A stretch of DNA of 64,000 bases from a virus (lineage: Duplodnaviria > Caudoviricetes), in the IMG/VR virus record IMGVR_UViG_2675903055_000001, positions 26,476-90,475 of that record; one strand, written 5' to 3'. The position numbers and the translations under genes were made by a program. Below are positions 1 through 8,725 of the stretch, one piece after another. Each line of letters begins with the position of its first letter. Positions within the stretch are counted from its first letter, which is position 1. Below the pieces are notes generated by a model. The model made no database searches and had not been told where the DNA came from. It worked only from the letters and a program-made list of their open reading frames with translations.

Positions 1-1760
1 CTACCCGAGACCCCGGCCTTGTTCGCCGCCGCGGTCTCCGCCTTCAGCCGCTTCGTCTCGACCGTCTGGTCCTTGAGGCGCTGCACCGCCTGGTCGTAGG
101 CGAGCTGCGCACGAGCACGATCCAGCTCGCTGGACCCCGCATCCTTCATCGTGCGGGCCAGCGAAACCTGCGCCTCCCGCACACTCAGCACCGCATCCCG
201 CTGAGAGAGCTGTGCCCCAGCGAGCCGGGCGTTCAGATCCTCCAGCTCGCGGGCGGCCTCACGGCGGGCATCCGTCAGATCCTGCTGTGCCTGCCGGGCA
301 TCACGCTGAGCCGACGACAATGCCCGCTCCGCGTCCTGCACCGCCCGGGCAGCAGCCTCCTGCCGCTGCGCCGCGGTCGCCGCCGCCTCCGCGGCAGCCT
401 GCCGGGCCTGACGCACCTGCCGCTGGGCCTGCGCGATCTGCCGGGCCCCGTTCCGCTCCGCCGCCGCCAGCGCTTGCTGGGCGCTCGCCTGGGTCAGGGC
501 ATGCCGGGCCGCCTGCGCAGACGCCTGACCGCCGGACGCGGTCGCCCGCGACGCCGCCTCCTGCGCCGCCTTCTGCGCCTGCAGCGCACCGGCAATTTCC
601 CGGACTGCGGGGACCGCGACCGCGGCCAGAGCACCCACACCGGCCGCCGCGACGGTAGCCGCCGCAGTGACCGCGCCGAGGCCCGCCGCCAGGGCAGGCA
701 CCGCGGGCAGGACAGCGACGCCACCCACGGCGATCGACAACTGAATGAGGGCCCGCACCGCGGCGGACGTGTCCACCCGCACCCGCGCCGTCTGGCCGTC
801 GAGCCGGTTCACCATGGCCTGCACGGCGGCGAGCTGCGTCGCGGCAGCAGCCGCGTCCACCCGCACCGCCACATCCGCGTCCGAGGCGGAAAGCCGCTCC
901 AGTCGCCCCTGCAGTTCGGTGATCTTCGCCTGGGCGGTGGCCGCGTCGATATCGATGCCGACCCGCACATCCCGCAGCGCCGTCAACTGGGCCCGCAGGC
1001 TGGCGATCTCACCCTGTGCGGGGGTGGTGTCCGCCCCGATGTTGATGTTGGGGAGGGACGATTCTGCCTGCTGCACCGCGGCACGCAACCGCTGCCCGAA
1101 CGTTCCGTCCGTCTCCAGGCGGATTGTGGTGCGATCCGCATGGAGACGGTCCAGCTCGGCACGCACCTCGGCGAGCTGCGCCCGCGCCGCGGCCGTGTCG
1201 GCCCGCACCGTCGGATTGGGGTGGGCGGCACCCAGCCGCCGCAGTTGATCCTCCAGCTCTGTGATTTCGGTGCGGGCCTCGCCCGTGTCGATGTCGACGC
1301 CGATGCGCTTGCCCGCGAGGGTCTCCATGCGGGCGCGCAGGGCCTGCAGGTCGGAGTCCGCCTCGGAGGTGTCTGCGCCGACGGTGACGTCGGGCAGCGA
1401 CCGGAACGCGGCCTCGATGCGGGCGCGGGCGCTCCTCGCGAACGCCCCGCCCGCCTGCTCGCCCTGCTTCGCCGCCGCCGGGCGGGCAGTCCGCCCGCCC
1501 TGGGTGACCCCGTCCCGCAGCGCACCGCGGATCTCGGCGGTGATGCGGGCGGCGATCTGCGCGCCGATCTGCTGCCCGATCTGCAGGCCGACCTGACCCA
1601 CCTCGGACTGCATCGCCGGCCCGAAGCTACGGCCGGCCGCCTTACCCGCATCCTCTCCGGCCTTCGTCGCTGCGGGCACCAGTGCCGACTTGAGGTGGTT
1701 GTAGATCCCCTTGGTGTTGGGGATGACATCGACCTCGACGGATCCGACGGAGATGGCCAC
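1..1760 (-). CDS. Tape measure protein, N-terminal part (runs off the window)
   Basis: GTG at 1760 with GGGAGGGAG RBS; reads VAISVGSVEVDVIPNTKGIY..., Ala/Gln-rich coiled coil; follows tail chaperones. Absent from the ORF track because no stop lies in the window. Confidence 0.9.
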   Translation of the reverse strand, partial: MAISVGSVEVDVIPNTKGIYNHLKSALVPAATKAGEDAGKAAGRSFGPAMQSEVGQVGLQIGQQIGAQIAARITAEIRGALRDGVTQGGRTARPAAAKQGEQAGGAFARSARARIEAAFRSLPDVTVGADTSEADSDLQALRARMETLAGKRIGVDIDTGEARTEITELEDQLRRLGAAHPNPTVRADTAAARAQLAEVRAELDRLHADRTTIRLETDGTFGQRLRAAVQQAESSLPNINIGADTTPAQGEIASLRAQLTALRDVRVGIDIDAATAQAKITELQGRLERLSASDADVAVRVDAAAAATQLAAVQAMVNRLDGQTARVRVDTSAAVRALIQLSIAVGGVAVLPAVPALAAGLGAVTAAATVAAAGVGALAAVAVPAVREIAGALQAQKAAQEAASRATASGGQASAQAARHALTQASAQQALAAAERNGARQIAQAQRQVRQARQAAAEAAATAAQRQEAAARAVQDAERALSSAQRDARQAQQDLTDARREAARELEDLNARLAGAQLSQRDAVLSVREAQVSLARTMKDAGSSELDRARAQLAYDQAVQRLKDQTVETKRLKAETAAANKAGVSG

Positions 1761-1781
1761 AGGAGGACTCCCTCCCGCGCG

Positions 1782-2240
1782 TCAGGCCGCGCCTCCGTTG
1801 ATGAGCTGGAACAGCCGCTCCGCGGCGGCATCCGACATGGGGGCGGTCTTCCTCTTGCGGGGCTTGGCCCCCGGGCGTCGGATCGGCTCGGGCTGATCCG
1901 GCCGCTGCGACTTCTTCTCCGTGTTGACGCAGATCAGCGTGTACTGGAGCTGCGCCACCCGGTCCGCCAGCAGCGCCAGCAGTTGCTCGGCCTGCGACCA
2001 GCGGCCCTTCTCCGGCTCGCCCAGGTCCGCCTGCTCATCCAACTCGACGTCGGACAGGCTGTTGCGGATGGCGGTCATCGTGTGCGACTCGGGCGGCAGA
2101 TGCTGGATCAGCACCCGCAGCCACGCCCACGTCCGCCGCCCGGCCAGCACGTCGGTGATGTCGTAGTGCCGGTCGATGAGGTCAGCTCTTACCGCCTCCG
2201 GGTGCTCCTGCCAGACCGAGACGGCCCACCGGATTTCCCC
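1782..2240 (-). CDS. Tail assembly chaperone, -1 frameshift extension (GT-like product)
   Basis: The -1 frame is open from the GGGGAAA site (EIRWAVSVWQEHPEAVRADL...) into track ORF 1782..2150. Confidence 0.85.
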   Translation of the reverse strand, partial: GEIRWAVSVWQEHPEAVRADLIDRHYDITDVLAGRRTWAWLRVLIQHLPPESHTMTAIRNSLSDVELDEQADLGEPEKGRWSQAEQLLALLADRVAQLQYTLICVNTEKKSQRPDQPEPIRRPGAKPRKRKTAPMSDAAAERLFQLINGGAA

Positions 2241-2545
2241 AGGTCCTCACCCCCGGCACGGGCCGCGGCCTCCGCGAACCGGCCGATCGCGTCCATGTCC
2301 GGGTCGAGTTCCTCATACACCTCGACGTCGTCCTCGTGGAGAACGAGCGCCATGAACGCGTCCATGTCGCCAGAGTTCAGGGCACGGAACGCACTCGCGC
2401 GCCAGCGGCCGGCCGGGAGAGCCCGGACGTCCTTGGTGACGCCGTCGTAGCCGGCGAGGGGCACCGGCACGTAGGGGTCGTTCTCCTGCTCGGCCTCCGC
2501 CTCCTGCGCGGCTGCGGCGTCGAGTTCCTTCTTCGTCGTGGGCAT
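2189..2545 (-). CDS. Tail assembly chaperone (G-like)
   Basis: MPTTKKELD... 118 aa, acidic, between major tail and tape measure genes. Confidence 0.85.
   Translation of the reverse strand: MPTTKKELDAAAAQEAEAEQENDPYVPVPLAGYDGVTKDVRALPAGRWRASAFRALNSGDMDAFMALVLHEDDVEVYEELDPDMDAIGRFAEAAARAGGEDLGKSGGPSRSGRSTRRR
2234..2240 (-). other. Programmed -1 frameshift slippery site GGGGAAA
   Basis: CTG GGG AAA near the chaperone 3' end with an open -1 frame. Confidence 0.8.
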
Positions 2546-2638
2546 AGCGCGGGCCTCTCTCTTCCGGGCGCGGGCCAAAGGGAAGGTGGCGGGCCGGGCC
2601 CGCGCCAGAGGGCGGCCCGCCACCAGTCATGGGGCCCG

Positions 2639-3226
2639 TCAGGACCCGGTGTACTCGGGCGTCGCAGGCAGACGGTCCGCGTGGTAGACGGTGTTGCCCT
2701 CCGTGTCGGGATAGGCGGTGATCGTCCACTCGTAGCCGGCCGTCTCGTCCTGCTTGTGACTCACGTCCGAGCGCTCCGACACCTCGCCCTCGGGCACGTA
2801 GAACCCCTGCATGACGTTGCCGTCGATGACGATGAACCACCAAGCGCGGCGGTCCGGCAGCGGCGACGCGGTCTCCGCGTAGGTCGTCAGCCCGTCCTCG
2901 TCGGGCGCCAGATCCGCCTCGGCGATCCGGTACTGGATGGACTTGACCGTTGTCCGGCTGGTCTCCCACGCCGTCAGGCCGAACGTGCGGACGGACTTGG
3001 TGATGGTCGTGCGCCACGGCGACGTGTAGCCCCAGGGGGTGTACTCCTCCGAGTCCTCGTCGAAGCCCTGCGTCAGGCCGTCCTCCGAGATGCCGCCGAT
3101 GGGCTGCCACAGCCCTGTCGGTTGGATCAGCGGATCGCCAGGGGAGGTGGTTCCGACAGGCGCCGTCCATCCACCTCCGTTCGCACCGATCGCTGACAAG
3201 TCCGCAGCGCGGGTGATGTTGACCAT
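2639..3226 (-). CDS. Major tail (tube) protein
   Basis: GxISEDGLT, TSVRTFGLTAWET and YEWTITAYPD motifs; position. Confidence 0.9.
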   Translation of the reverse strand: MVNITRAADLSAIGANGGGWTAPVGTTSPGDPLIQPTGLWQPIGGISEDGLTQGFDEDSEEYTPWGYTSPWRTTITKSVRTFGLTAWETSRTTVKSIQYRIAEADLAPDEDGLTTYAETASPLPDRRAWWFIVIDGNVMQGFYVPEGEVSERSDVSHKQDETAGYEWTITAYPDTEGNTVYHADRLPATPEYTGS

Positions 3227-3245
3227 CAGGGGGTCTCCCAACATG

Positions 3246-3271
3246 CGAAAACCCCGCACACGGGCGGGGTT
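3246..3271 (-). terminator. Stem-loop AACCCCGC/GCGGGGTT followed by TTCG upstream of major tail gene
   Basis: 8-bp perfect stem with T-tract. Confidence 0.55.
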
Positions 3272-3301
3272 GGGTTACAGGTCCGGCGCGGGCCTGGCCG
3301 G

Positions 3302-3703
3302 TCAGGAGACCGGGTGAACGAACATCTCGTAGGTGGCCCCACAACGGCGGAGCCCCGTGTTCTGGTAGGGGCGGATCGCGGGCGGCGGATCCGACCTGAT
3401 GCGGCCCCACGTGGCGTTGCTGGTCGTGCTGCCCCGCAGCTCACCGAGGAGAGCGCCGCGGATCGTCGCCGACAGGGCGATCGCCTCACCGCGGGTGGCG
3501 GCGTACACGTCGATGTCGACGAGCGCCCGGTCCAGCCGGAACCCGTCATCACCGCCAGCCGGAAGCCGCTGCACCTGCACCGTGGGCAGCTCATCGAGGA
3601 GGAGGTTGTCGAGTTCGTCGCGCACCACGACGCCGTCGCCGAGGCGCTCCTGCAGCCAGCCGATCAGCTCCAGCTCGACATCCACCGACCCGACCGCCGC
3701 CAT
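3302..3703 (-). CDS. Tail terminator protein
   Basis: PTVQVQRLPAGGDDGFRLDRALVDIDVYA; position. Confidence 0.8.
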   Translation of the reverse strand: MAAVGSVDVELELIGWLQERLGDGVVVRDELDNLLLDELPTVQVQRLPAGGDDGFRLDRALVDIDVYAATRGEAIALSATIRGALLGELRGSTTSNATWGRIRSDPPPAIRPYQNTGLRRCGATYEMFVHPVS

Positions 3704-4032
3704 CACCGGCCACCCGCCTGCGCCGCCCGCAGCAGCACATGATGCGCGTGGACACGTTCGGTGCCGTACTCCACCCACCGGGCATACGGCGCCGAGTTCC
3801 ACACGGTGGCCACCGCACGGTCCTTGCGGCGTCCGCCGCGGCGCGTACTCGTCGAATGCCACGACGCCTTGTACAGACCCGGATGCGGATCCCACGCCGC
3901 CGTACCCACCGGGGAGATCGCGACCGCCGCGTCCTTGATGACGTCGGCGCGGCGCAGCATCTCCGCCTCAACCATCGGAGAGCGCAACAACTGACCGACG
4001 CCTTTCCGAGACATGCGGAACTTGGCTGCCAT
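3703..4032 (-). CDS. HK97 gp10-like neck/tail completion protein
   Basis: APYARWVEYGT motif; position. Confidence 0.75.
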   Translation of the reverse strand: MAAKFRMSRKGVGQLLRSPMVEAEMLRRADVIKDAAVAISPVGTAAWDPHPGLYKASWHSTSTRRGGRRKDRAVATVWNSAPYARWVEYGTERVHAHHVLLRAAQAGGR

Positions 4033-4065
4033 ACCCTCACCTCACCGACAACTTGGGGGGCGGGC

Positions 4066-4395
4066 ATGGAAGTCAAGGGCGTACAAGGCACGATCCGCTA
4101 CGAGGACGGCTGGATCACCATCACCAAGAAGGAGATCGGCCAGCAGGCCCGGGAGTTCCGCATCCGCGCCGCCGACGTGACCGGCACCCGCCTCAAGCCC
4201 GGCACCTGGGCCACCCACGGCTATGTGCAGTTCGTGCTGCCTGGCTCCGCACCTGCCCCGGAAAAGGGTGGAGCGCTGACCGGCGGCCGACCGCCGCAGT
4301 CGGACCCGCACAGCCTGTCCATCCCCCGCCGCAGCAACGACGCCGCGCAGAAACTCGTGGCCGCCGTCGAGCAGGAACGCGGCATCAGCCCGTAA
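4066..4395 (+). CDS. DUF4429-like (PH-fold-like) protein, antisense moron in neck module
   Basis: GTIRYEDGWITI...LKPGTWATHGYVQF resembles DUF4429; ATG at 4066 with G-rich RBS. Confidence 0.7.
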   Translation: MEVKGVQGTIRYEDGWITITKKEIGQQAREFRIRAADVTGTRLKPGTWATHGYVQFVLPGSAPAPEKGGALTGGRPPQSDPHSLSIPRRSNDAAQKLVAAVEQERGISP

Positions 4396-4747
4396 CCCGA
4401 TCCGCAGCGAACTGCACCGGCCCGGACGTGCCCGTGAACGGAGAACGCCCCCAGTCGCCGGGCCAGCCCGTCACCTCACACACCTCGCCGCGAATACGGA
4501 ACTGGTCGGTGGTCAGCACATCGGAACGGGGCGGAGCATAGACCGTGAAGCCGACGATGACCGTGTCCCGGCCCTGCTGCTCCGCGCCGCCGACCTGCGG
4601 CGTCTCCGCCCGCGGGGCCACCACGCAGCCAGGCATCGGCGTCTCCACGAGCGGGCCCGGAATCGGCTGCCCGCGCTCATCCCGGCCCGGCGACGGGCCG
4701 CGACGCAGGCGCACGATGGTCTCCCCATACAGGTACGGGGCAGGCAT
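4385..4747 (-). CDS. Head-to-tail stopper / head closure protein
   Basis: GETIVRLRR...DQFRIRGEVCEVTG; position. Confidence 0.8.
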   Translation of the reverse strand: MPAPYLYGETIVRLRRGPSPGRDERGQPIPGPLVETPMPGCVVAPRAETPQVGGAEQQGRDTVIVGFTVYAPPRSDVLTTDQFRIRGEVCEVTGWPGDWGRSPFTGTSGPVQFAADRVTG

Positions 4748-5163
4748 CAGAGCCAGCCCCAGCCCGGCTCGTACTCCGTGGCGATCCCCTCGTCCACATC
4801 GACCGGATACGTCGGCGACGGATCGGCAGTCTCAGGGGTCGGGTCCACCGTGAACGCCCCCCCGCGGCCGGCCAGCGACTTGAGCGCCGCCTTGTCAGCC
4901 TTCGTCAGATACAGACCGCCAGAACCCTGCGGGCGCTGCACCGACATCGGGCCGATCGTCTCGTAGGAGACCTGCGTAGGGTTGATGTACGCCCGACCAG
5001 CCGCCGCCAACACGACCGCATCGGCCTCGTCGGGCAGCGGTTTGACGACCGTCATGCACAGCCGTGCCGCCGTCGTGAGCAAGAAGTCGGCCCGGGGGCC
5101 ACTGATCTCGTCCAACTGGAGGTACATCGCAAGTTCCTCCGCCGTGGGAACCGTGAAGGCCAC
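4747..5163 (-). CDS. Head-to-tail adaptor (gp15/gp6-like)
   Basis: AAGRAYINP..SYETIGPMS..GGLYLT motif; GTG start with GGAGG. Confidence 0.8.
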   Translation of the reverse strand: MAFTVPTAEELAMYLQLDEISGPRADFLLTTAARLCMTVVKPLPDEADAVVLAAAGRAYINPTQVSYETIGPMSVQRPQGSGGLYLTKADKAALKSLAGRGGAFTVDPTPETADPSPTYPVDVDEGIATEYEPGWGWL

Positions 5164-5182
5164 GACGCACACCTCCGCTCCA

Positions 5183-6217
5183 TCACACGAGACCTTCGAC
5201 AGCACCGCACCAGGCCGTCAGATCGGCTGCAGGACCCAACTCGCGCGAGCGAGCCCGAGCCCTCTTGGACGCCAACCGGTACTCGGCCGGATCACCGAGC
5301 AGCTTGCCCAACACCGCTTCGTAGCCGTCCACGTCGAAGCGGTCCACGAACACGCCCGCCTCGCCGAGCGACTCGCACAGGCCCGGAGTCGGATGTGCCA
5401 CCACAGGGATGCCAGACGCCAACGCCTCAACGCCAGCCCGTCCCCACGACTCGTAGACCGACGGCATCAGCAGCACCTTCGTGCGGGCATACACCCGCTC
5501 CCGCATCTCGGAGCCGTCCACGTGCTCGACGACCTCGACATTCGGCAGGTCCGGAAGGATCTGCTCGCCGTAGGCACCGCGCACGGCCAGGAACTGCTGA
5601 TCCGGCATGCGCCGGGCCAGCGCCGCGAGTGTCGTCCCGCCCTTTTCCGCATTGCAGTTGATCAGCGTGATGGCCTTGCCGGGCTTCGTCGCATACTCGT
5701 CGGCGAACACCGGAGGCCGCACGATCAGCGACCGCTCCGGCCGGACAGCCTTCGGATACTCGGCGAAGAACAACTCCGCCTCCGCCTCCATCCAGCGCGA
5801 GTTGTACACCGCCAGCGCCGTCTGCCCCGCCGCCGCATCCCGGAACGTGGGCCGGTGCGTGTTGTGACACACGACCACCATCGGCTTGCCGTAGCCGCGG
5901 GCCAGCGACGCCGTCGACGGAACGCACTCCAGATGCGACAGCAGCACATCCGCCCGCCGCACAGCAGAAGGGAAATCCAGGCGCGCCTCCAGCGGCACGA
6001 CGCGCACGCCCCGGTACTCGTAGACCTCGTGTGCCTTCCCGTAACGGGACAACCACACCTCCACCTGATGCCCGCGCTCGACCAGCGGCCGCAGCATCGA
6101 GATCAGCATGTGCTCGGCGCCCGCGTTGTGCTCCGGTGGCGCGGCGTGCACGCGGGCGACGATGGACAGCGGCTTGGCTGCCCCGTCCGGCGCGGAAGCC
6201 GGGACAGCCCTGGCCAT
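5183..6217 (-). CDS. Glycosyltransferase family 4 (GT-B fold)
   Basis: HNAGAE N-terminal motif and PSVYESWGRAGVEALASGIPVV (EX7E) motif; ATG overlaps the capsid stop (TGATG). Confidence 0.9.
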   Translation of the reverse strand: MARAVPASAPDGAAKPLSIVARVHAAPPEHNAGAEHMLISMLRPLVERGHQVEVWLSRYGKAHEVYEYRGVRVVPLEARLDFPSAVRRADVLLSHLECVPSTASLARGYGKPMVVVCHNTHRPTFRDAAAGQTALAVYNSRWMEAEAELFFAEYPKAVRPERSLIVRPPVFADEYATKPGKAITLINCNAEKGGTTLAALARRMPDQQFLAVRGAYGEQILPDLPNVEVVEHVDGSEMRERVYARTKVLLMPSVYESWGRAGVEALASGIPVVAHPTPGLCESLGEAGVFVDRFDVDGYEAVLGKLLGDPAEYRLASKRARARSRELGPAADLTAWCGAVEGLV

Positions 6218-7173
6218 CAGGAACCGCTCGGGGTGCCGGTGAACTTCACGAACGCCTGCGCGTCACCCATGACGAACCCGTAGTACGCCTCCGCCAGGAG
6301 CAGCACCAGGTTCTCCTGGAAGGCGGAGTGGACGCCGCCTTCCTCGTCCACGTAGGTGGCCTCGTTCGACACGCGCACGGTGATGTCCATGCCCACGCCG
6401 TAGGCGCACTGCGACCAGTCGCCGCCCAGCGCCCGCAGGCCGGAATCGACACTGGCGGACTGACGCCGCTGCTTCCCCGACACGCTCCGCGAGTAGGCCA
6501 GCGGCTCACCGATCAGCGTCCCCGCCGCCGCCATGTCCGTACCCGGCGTCTGCGTGTCCACCAGGATCGGCCGGCCGGTGGTGTCCGTGGCCAGCAGCAG
6601 CTTCGGCTTCAGCCGGTGATCCGCGACGGTACCGGTGTAGTCCCAGTCCGCGTCGATGACCTCCTCCATGCCCGTCACCAGGTCGGCCCAGATGCCGCCG
6701 TTGCCCTGCGTCGCAGTGCCCAGCGTGACGCTGTTCGTCGTGGAGGCCAAGTACTCGGTGAACGGACCCGCAGCGCCCTTCATGGTCTTGCCGTGGATCG
6801 CCGCGTGGTCGAACGCGCGGGCGAACGCGGTAGGCAGATCCTTCTGCAGTTGGCTGTAGAGACCCGCGGCGTTGGTGTTCGCGACCTCCATCGCCACCGG
6901 GATCAGCACCGCCAGCTTCTTCGCCTGCATCTGCTTCACGTCCACGCCACCGGTCGACAGGGGCTTCTTCGCCGCCTGCCCGACCCAGTCCGCGGTCGGC
7001 ACGTCCATCGGGATCGGCACGGACGTGGTGGCGTCCAGCGCCAGCGGCGCCGGACGCGCCAGCGCCATGATCGCCGACTGCTCCACCGACTTCTCGAAGA
7101 TCGGAGCGGTGATCGTGCGCGGCAGAAGCGCACCATCGATGCTGGACAGGGTGATAGGGGCCGTAGCCGCCAT
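6217..7173 (-). CDS. Major capsid protein (HK97 fold)
   Basis: WVGQAAKKP, KKLAVLIPV, AFQENLVLLLAEAYYGF motifs. Confidence 0.95.
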   Translation of the reverse strand: MAATAPITLSSIDGALLPRTITAPIFEKSVEQSAIMALARPAPLALDATTSVPIPMDVPTADWVGQAAKKPLSTGGVDVKQMQAKKLAVLIPVAMEVANTNAAGLYSQLQKDLPTAFARAFDHAAIHGKTMKGAAGPFTEYLASTTNSVTLGTATQGNGGIWADLVTGMEEVIDADWDYTGTVADHRLKPKLLLATDTTGRPILVDTQTPGTDMAAAGTLIGEPLAYSRSVSGKQRRQSASVDSGLRALGGDWSQCAYGVGMDITVRVSNEATYVDEEGGVHSAFQENLVLLLAEAYYGFVMGDAQAFVKFTGTPSGS

Positions 7174-7193
7174 GATCGTCTCTTCTCCCGCAG

Positions 7194-7853
7194 CTACTTC
7201 TTAAGCTGCGAACTCAGCCACCCGGCGAACTCCTCCGCCGGGTCGGGGGCCTTCGTTTTGTTGGCGCCGGACGCCTGAGTGCGATCCGGCGCAGGACGCC
7301 GCGGGCCCTCCTGGGGCTGAGGCTGGGGCTTGGCCCAGTGCGGCTTGCGCTCCAAGAGCGCATCGAGATCGGCCCTGATGGCCGCCTCGTCGATGTCGCC
7401 GTCCGAGTCGATGTACGAGTCGAGGTCCAACGCCCCGACTGCGTCCTCCGGGTCGGCGAACGTGTTCCCAGCGAGCGCCTGCACCTGGCTCTTCACGAGC
7501 CGCTGACGGGTCTTGGTGATCTGCTCGTTGGCCGTAGCGAGCTGGCCGGCGAGGCGCTCGGACTCGGTCTTCTCCGCGTCCTTGATCCGCTGCAGTTCGG
7601 CGGCCTTCGGCTCCAGTTCCTTCAGCCGCTTGCGAAGGTTCTCCGCCTCCGAGTTGGCCTTGCGGATCTTCGCCGCGGCGCGCTTCGCATCGAACGGCTC
7701 CGCACCCGACTCGCCCTGCGTACCCGCCTCCAGGGCGGTCTCACCGGTGTCACCGTCGGGGCTGCTCACTGCGTCGGCTTCCCCGGTGACAGCCGGGTCG
7801 GTGGTCTCCTCGACCTCGGCGCCGGGCTGCTGCTGCTCGGTCTCTTCGGACAT
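7194..7853 (-). CDS. Capsid scaffolding protein
   Basis: Acidic N-terminus, KIRKANSEAENLRKRL, FADPEDA, LLERKPHW. Confidence 0.9.
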   Translation of the reverse strand: MSEETEQQQPGAEVEETTDPAVTGEADAVSSPDGDTGETALEAGTQGESGAEPFDAKRAAAKIRKANSEAENLRKRLKELEPKAAELQRIKDAEKTESERLAGQLATANEQITKTRQRLVKSQVQALAGNTFADPEDAVGALDLDSYIDSDGDIDEAAIRADLDALLERKPHWAKPQPQPQEGPRRPAPDRTQASGANKTKAPDPAEEFAGWLSSQLKK

Positions 7854-7887
7854 GACGAAACGGCCCTCCTGGGGCATGGATGTGAAT

Positions 7888-7912
7888 GAGAAAGGCCGCC
7901 TCCAGGGCGGCC
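7888..7912 (-). terminator. Stem-loop GGCCGCC/GGCGGCC followed by TTTCTC
   Basis: 7-bp stem with T-tract between minor head and scaffold genes. Confidence 0.55.
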
Positions 7913-7918
7913 GCGGTG

Positions 7919-8725
7919 TTACTGGACGGGCGACGCATCGTGCTCGGCGATCGCCCGACGGAACAGGCGAAGCTGATCGCCCGGATGGCCTTGCGCGTAC
8001 TCCCGGTAGATGCGGTCCCACCGAGCCGCCTGCGGAGACAACTCGAACCGCTGCCCCCGGAAGACACTGATGATCTGACAGGAGCAGTGGTCGTGATACT
8101 TCGCCACCGACGCATCGCCGGAAAACCGGTCGTTGGCATCCCGACCGGCCGTGCCTGCGGACTTGTAGACCATCCCGCGTGAGGCCATCAAGCGGCAGAA
8201 CGCGCAAGCGCCAAGCGCTGCGGCCCGCGCGTAACCAACAGCCTCACGGTCCCGCTGCACAGCCTGCCGCGTCGTCTGGCGTCCCTGATCCAAGACGAGC
8301 TTTTCCACCACCGCAGCCGTCTTCTTCTCCGCCGCAGCCAGCCTCACCTCGACTGGCTGTGCCTGCGCCGCCGTGGTACGCGGATCGTCCGGGTCCCGGG
8401 GCCACAGGTCCTTGGTGGCCCATCGCAGTGACGCCTGCGTCTGCTCCTGCGGCGGGCTGTCCGCGAGCGGCACGGTGAACGCACTGGTGACGTCGGCCGC
8501 GGCTCGCTGCGCCTCGTACACCTCGGCAGCCAACTGCGCCGCCAAGTCGCCGTACTGGCGCACCACCGCGTCGACCGCCTCCATCCACGGCGGCAACGTC
8601 GCACCCATCCGCGCGGGCACGAGGAGTCTCCGCAGCCTGCCCAGATCCCTGCGCAGCAGCCGCACCAGCCCGGCAGCAGCCTGACGGTGACGGGCGCCGT
8701 CCGCGTCAGAAACTCTCCTCGCCAC
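7919..8725 (-). CDS. MuF-like minor capsid / capsid maturation protein
   Basis: GACAFCRLMASRG and YHDHCSC motifs; follows portal. Confidence 0.8.
   Translation of the reverse strand: MARRVSDADGARHRQAAAGLVRLLRRDLGRLRRLLVPARMGATLPPWMEAVDAVVRQYGDLAAQLAAEVYEAQRAAADVTSAFTVPLADSPPQEQTQASLRWATKDLWPRDPDDPRTTAAQAQPVEVRLAAAEKKTAAVVEKLVLDQGRQTTRQAVQRDREAVGYARAAALGACAFCRLMASRGMVYKSAGTAGRDANDRFSGDASVAKYHDHCSCQIISVFRGQRFELSPQAARWDRIYREYAQGHPGDQLRLFRRAIAEHDASPVQ

Noticed and set aside
474-2450. 658-aa plus-strand ORF and many other long ORFs in the track (e.g. 4982..6283, 10327..12189, 28322..29824, 56958..58898)
   Set aside because: Antisense or off-frame shadows of real genes, expected at high GC; Arg/Pro/Gly-rich with no motifs
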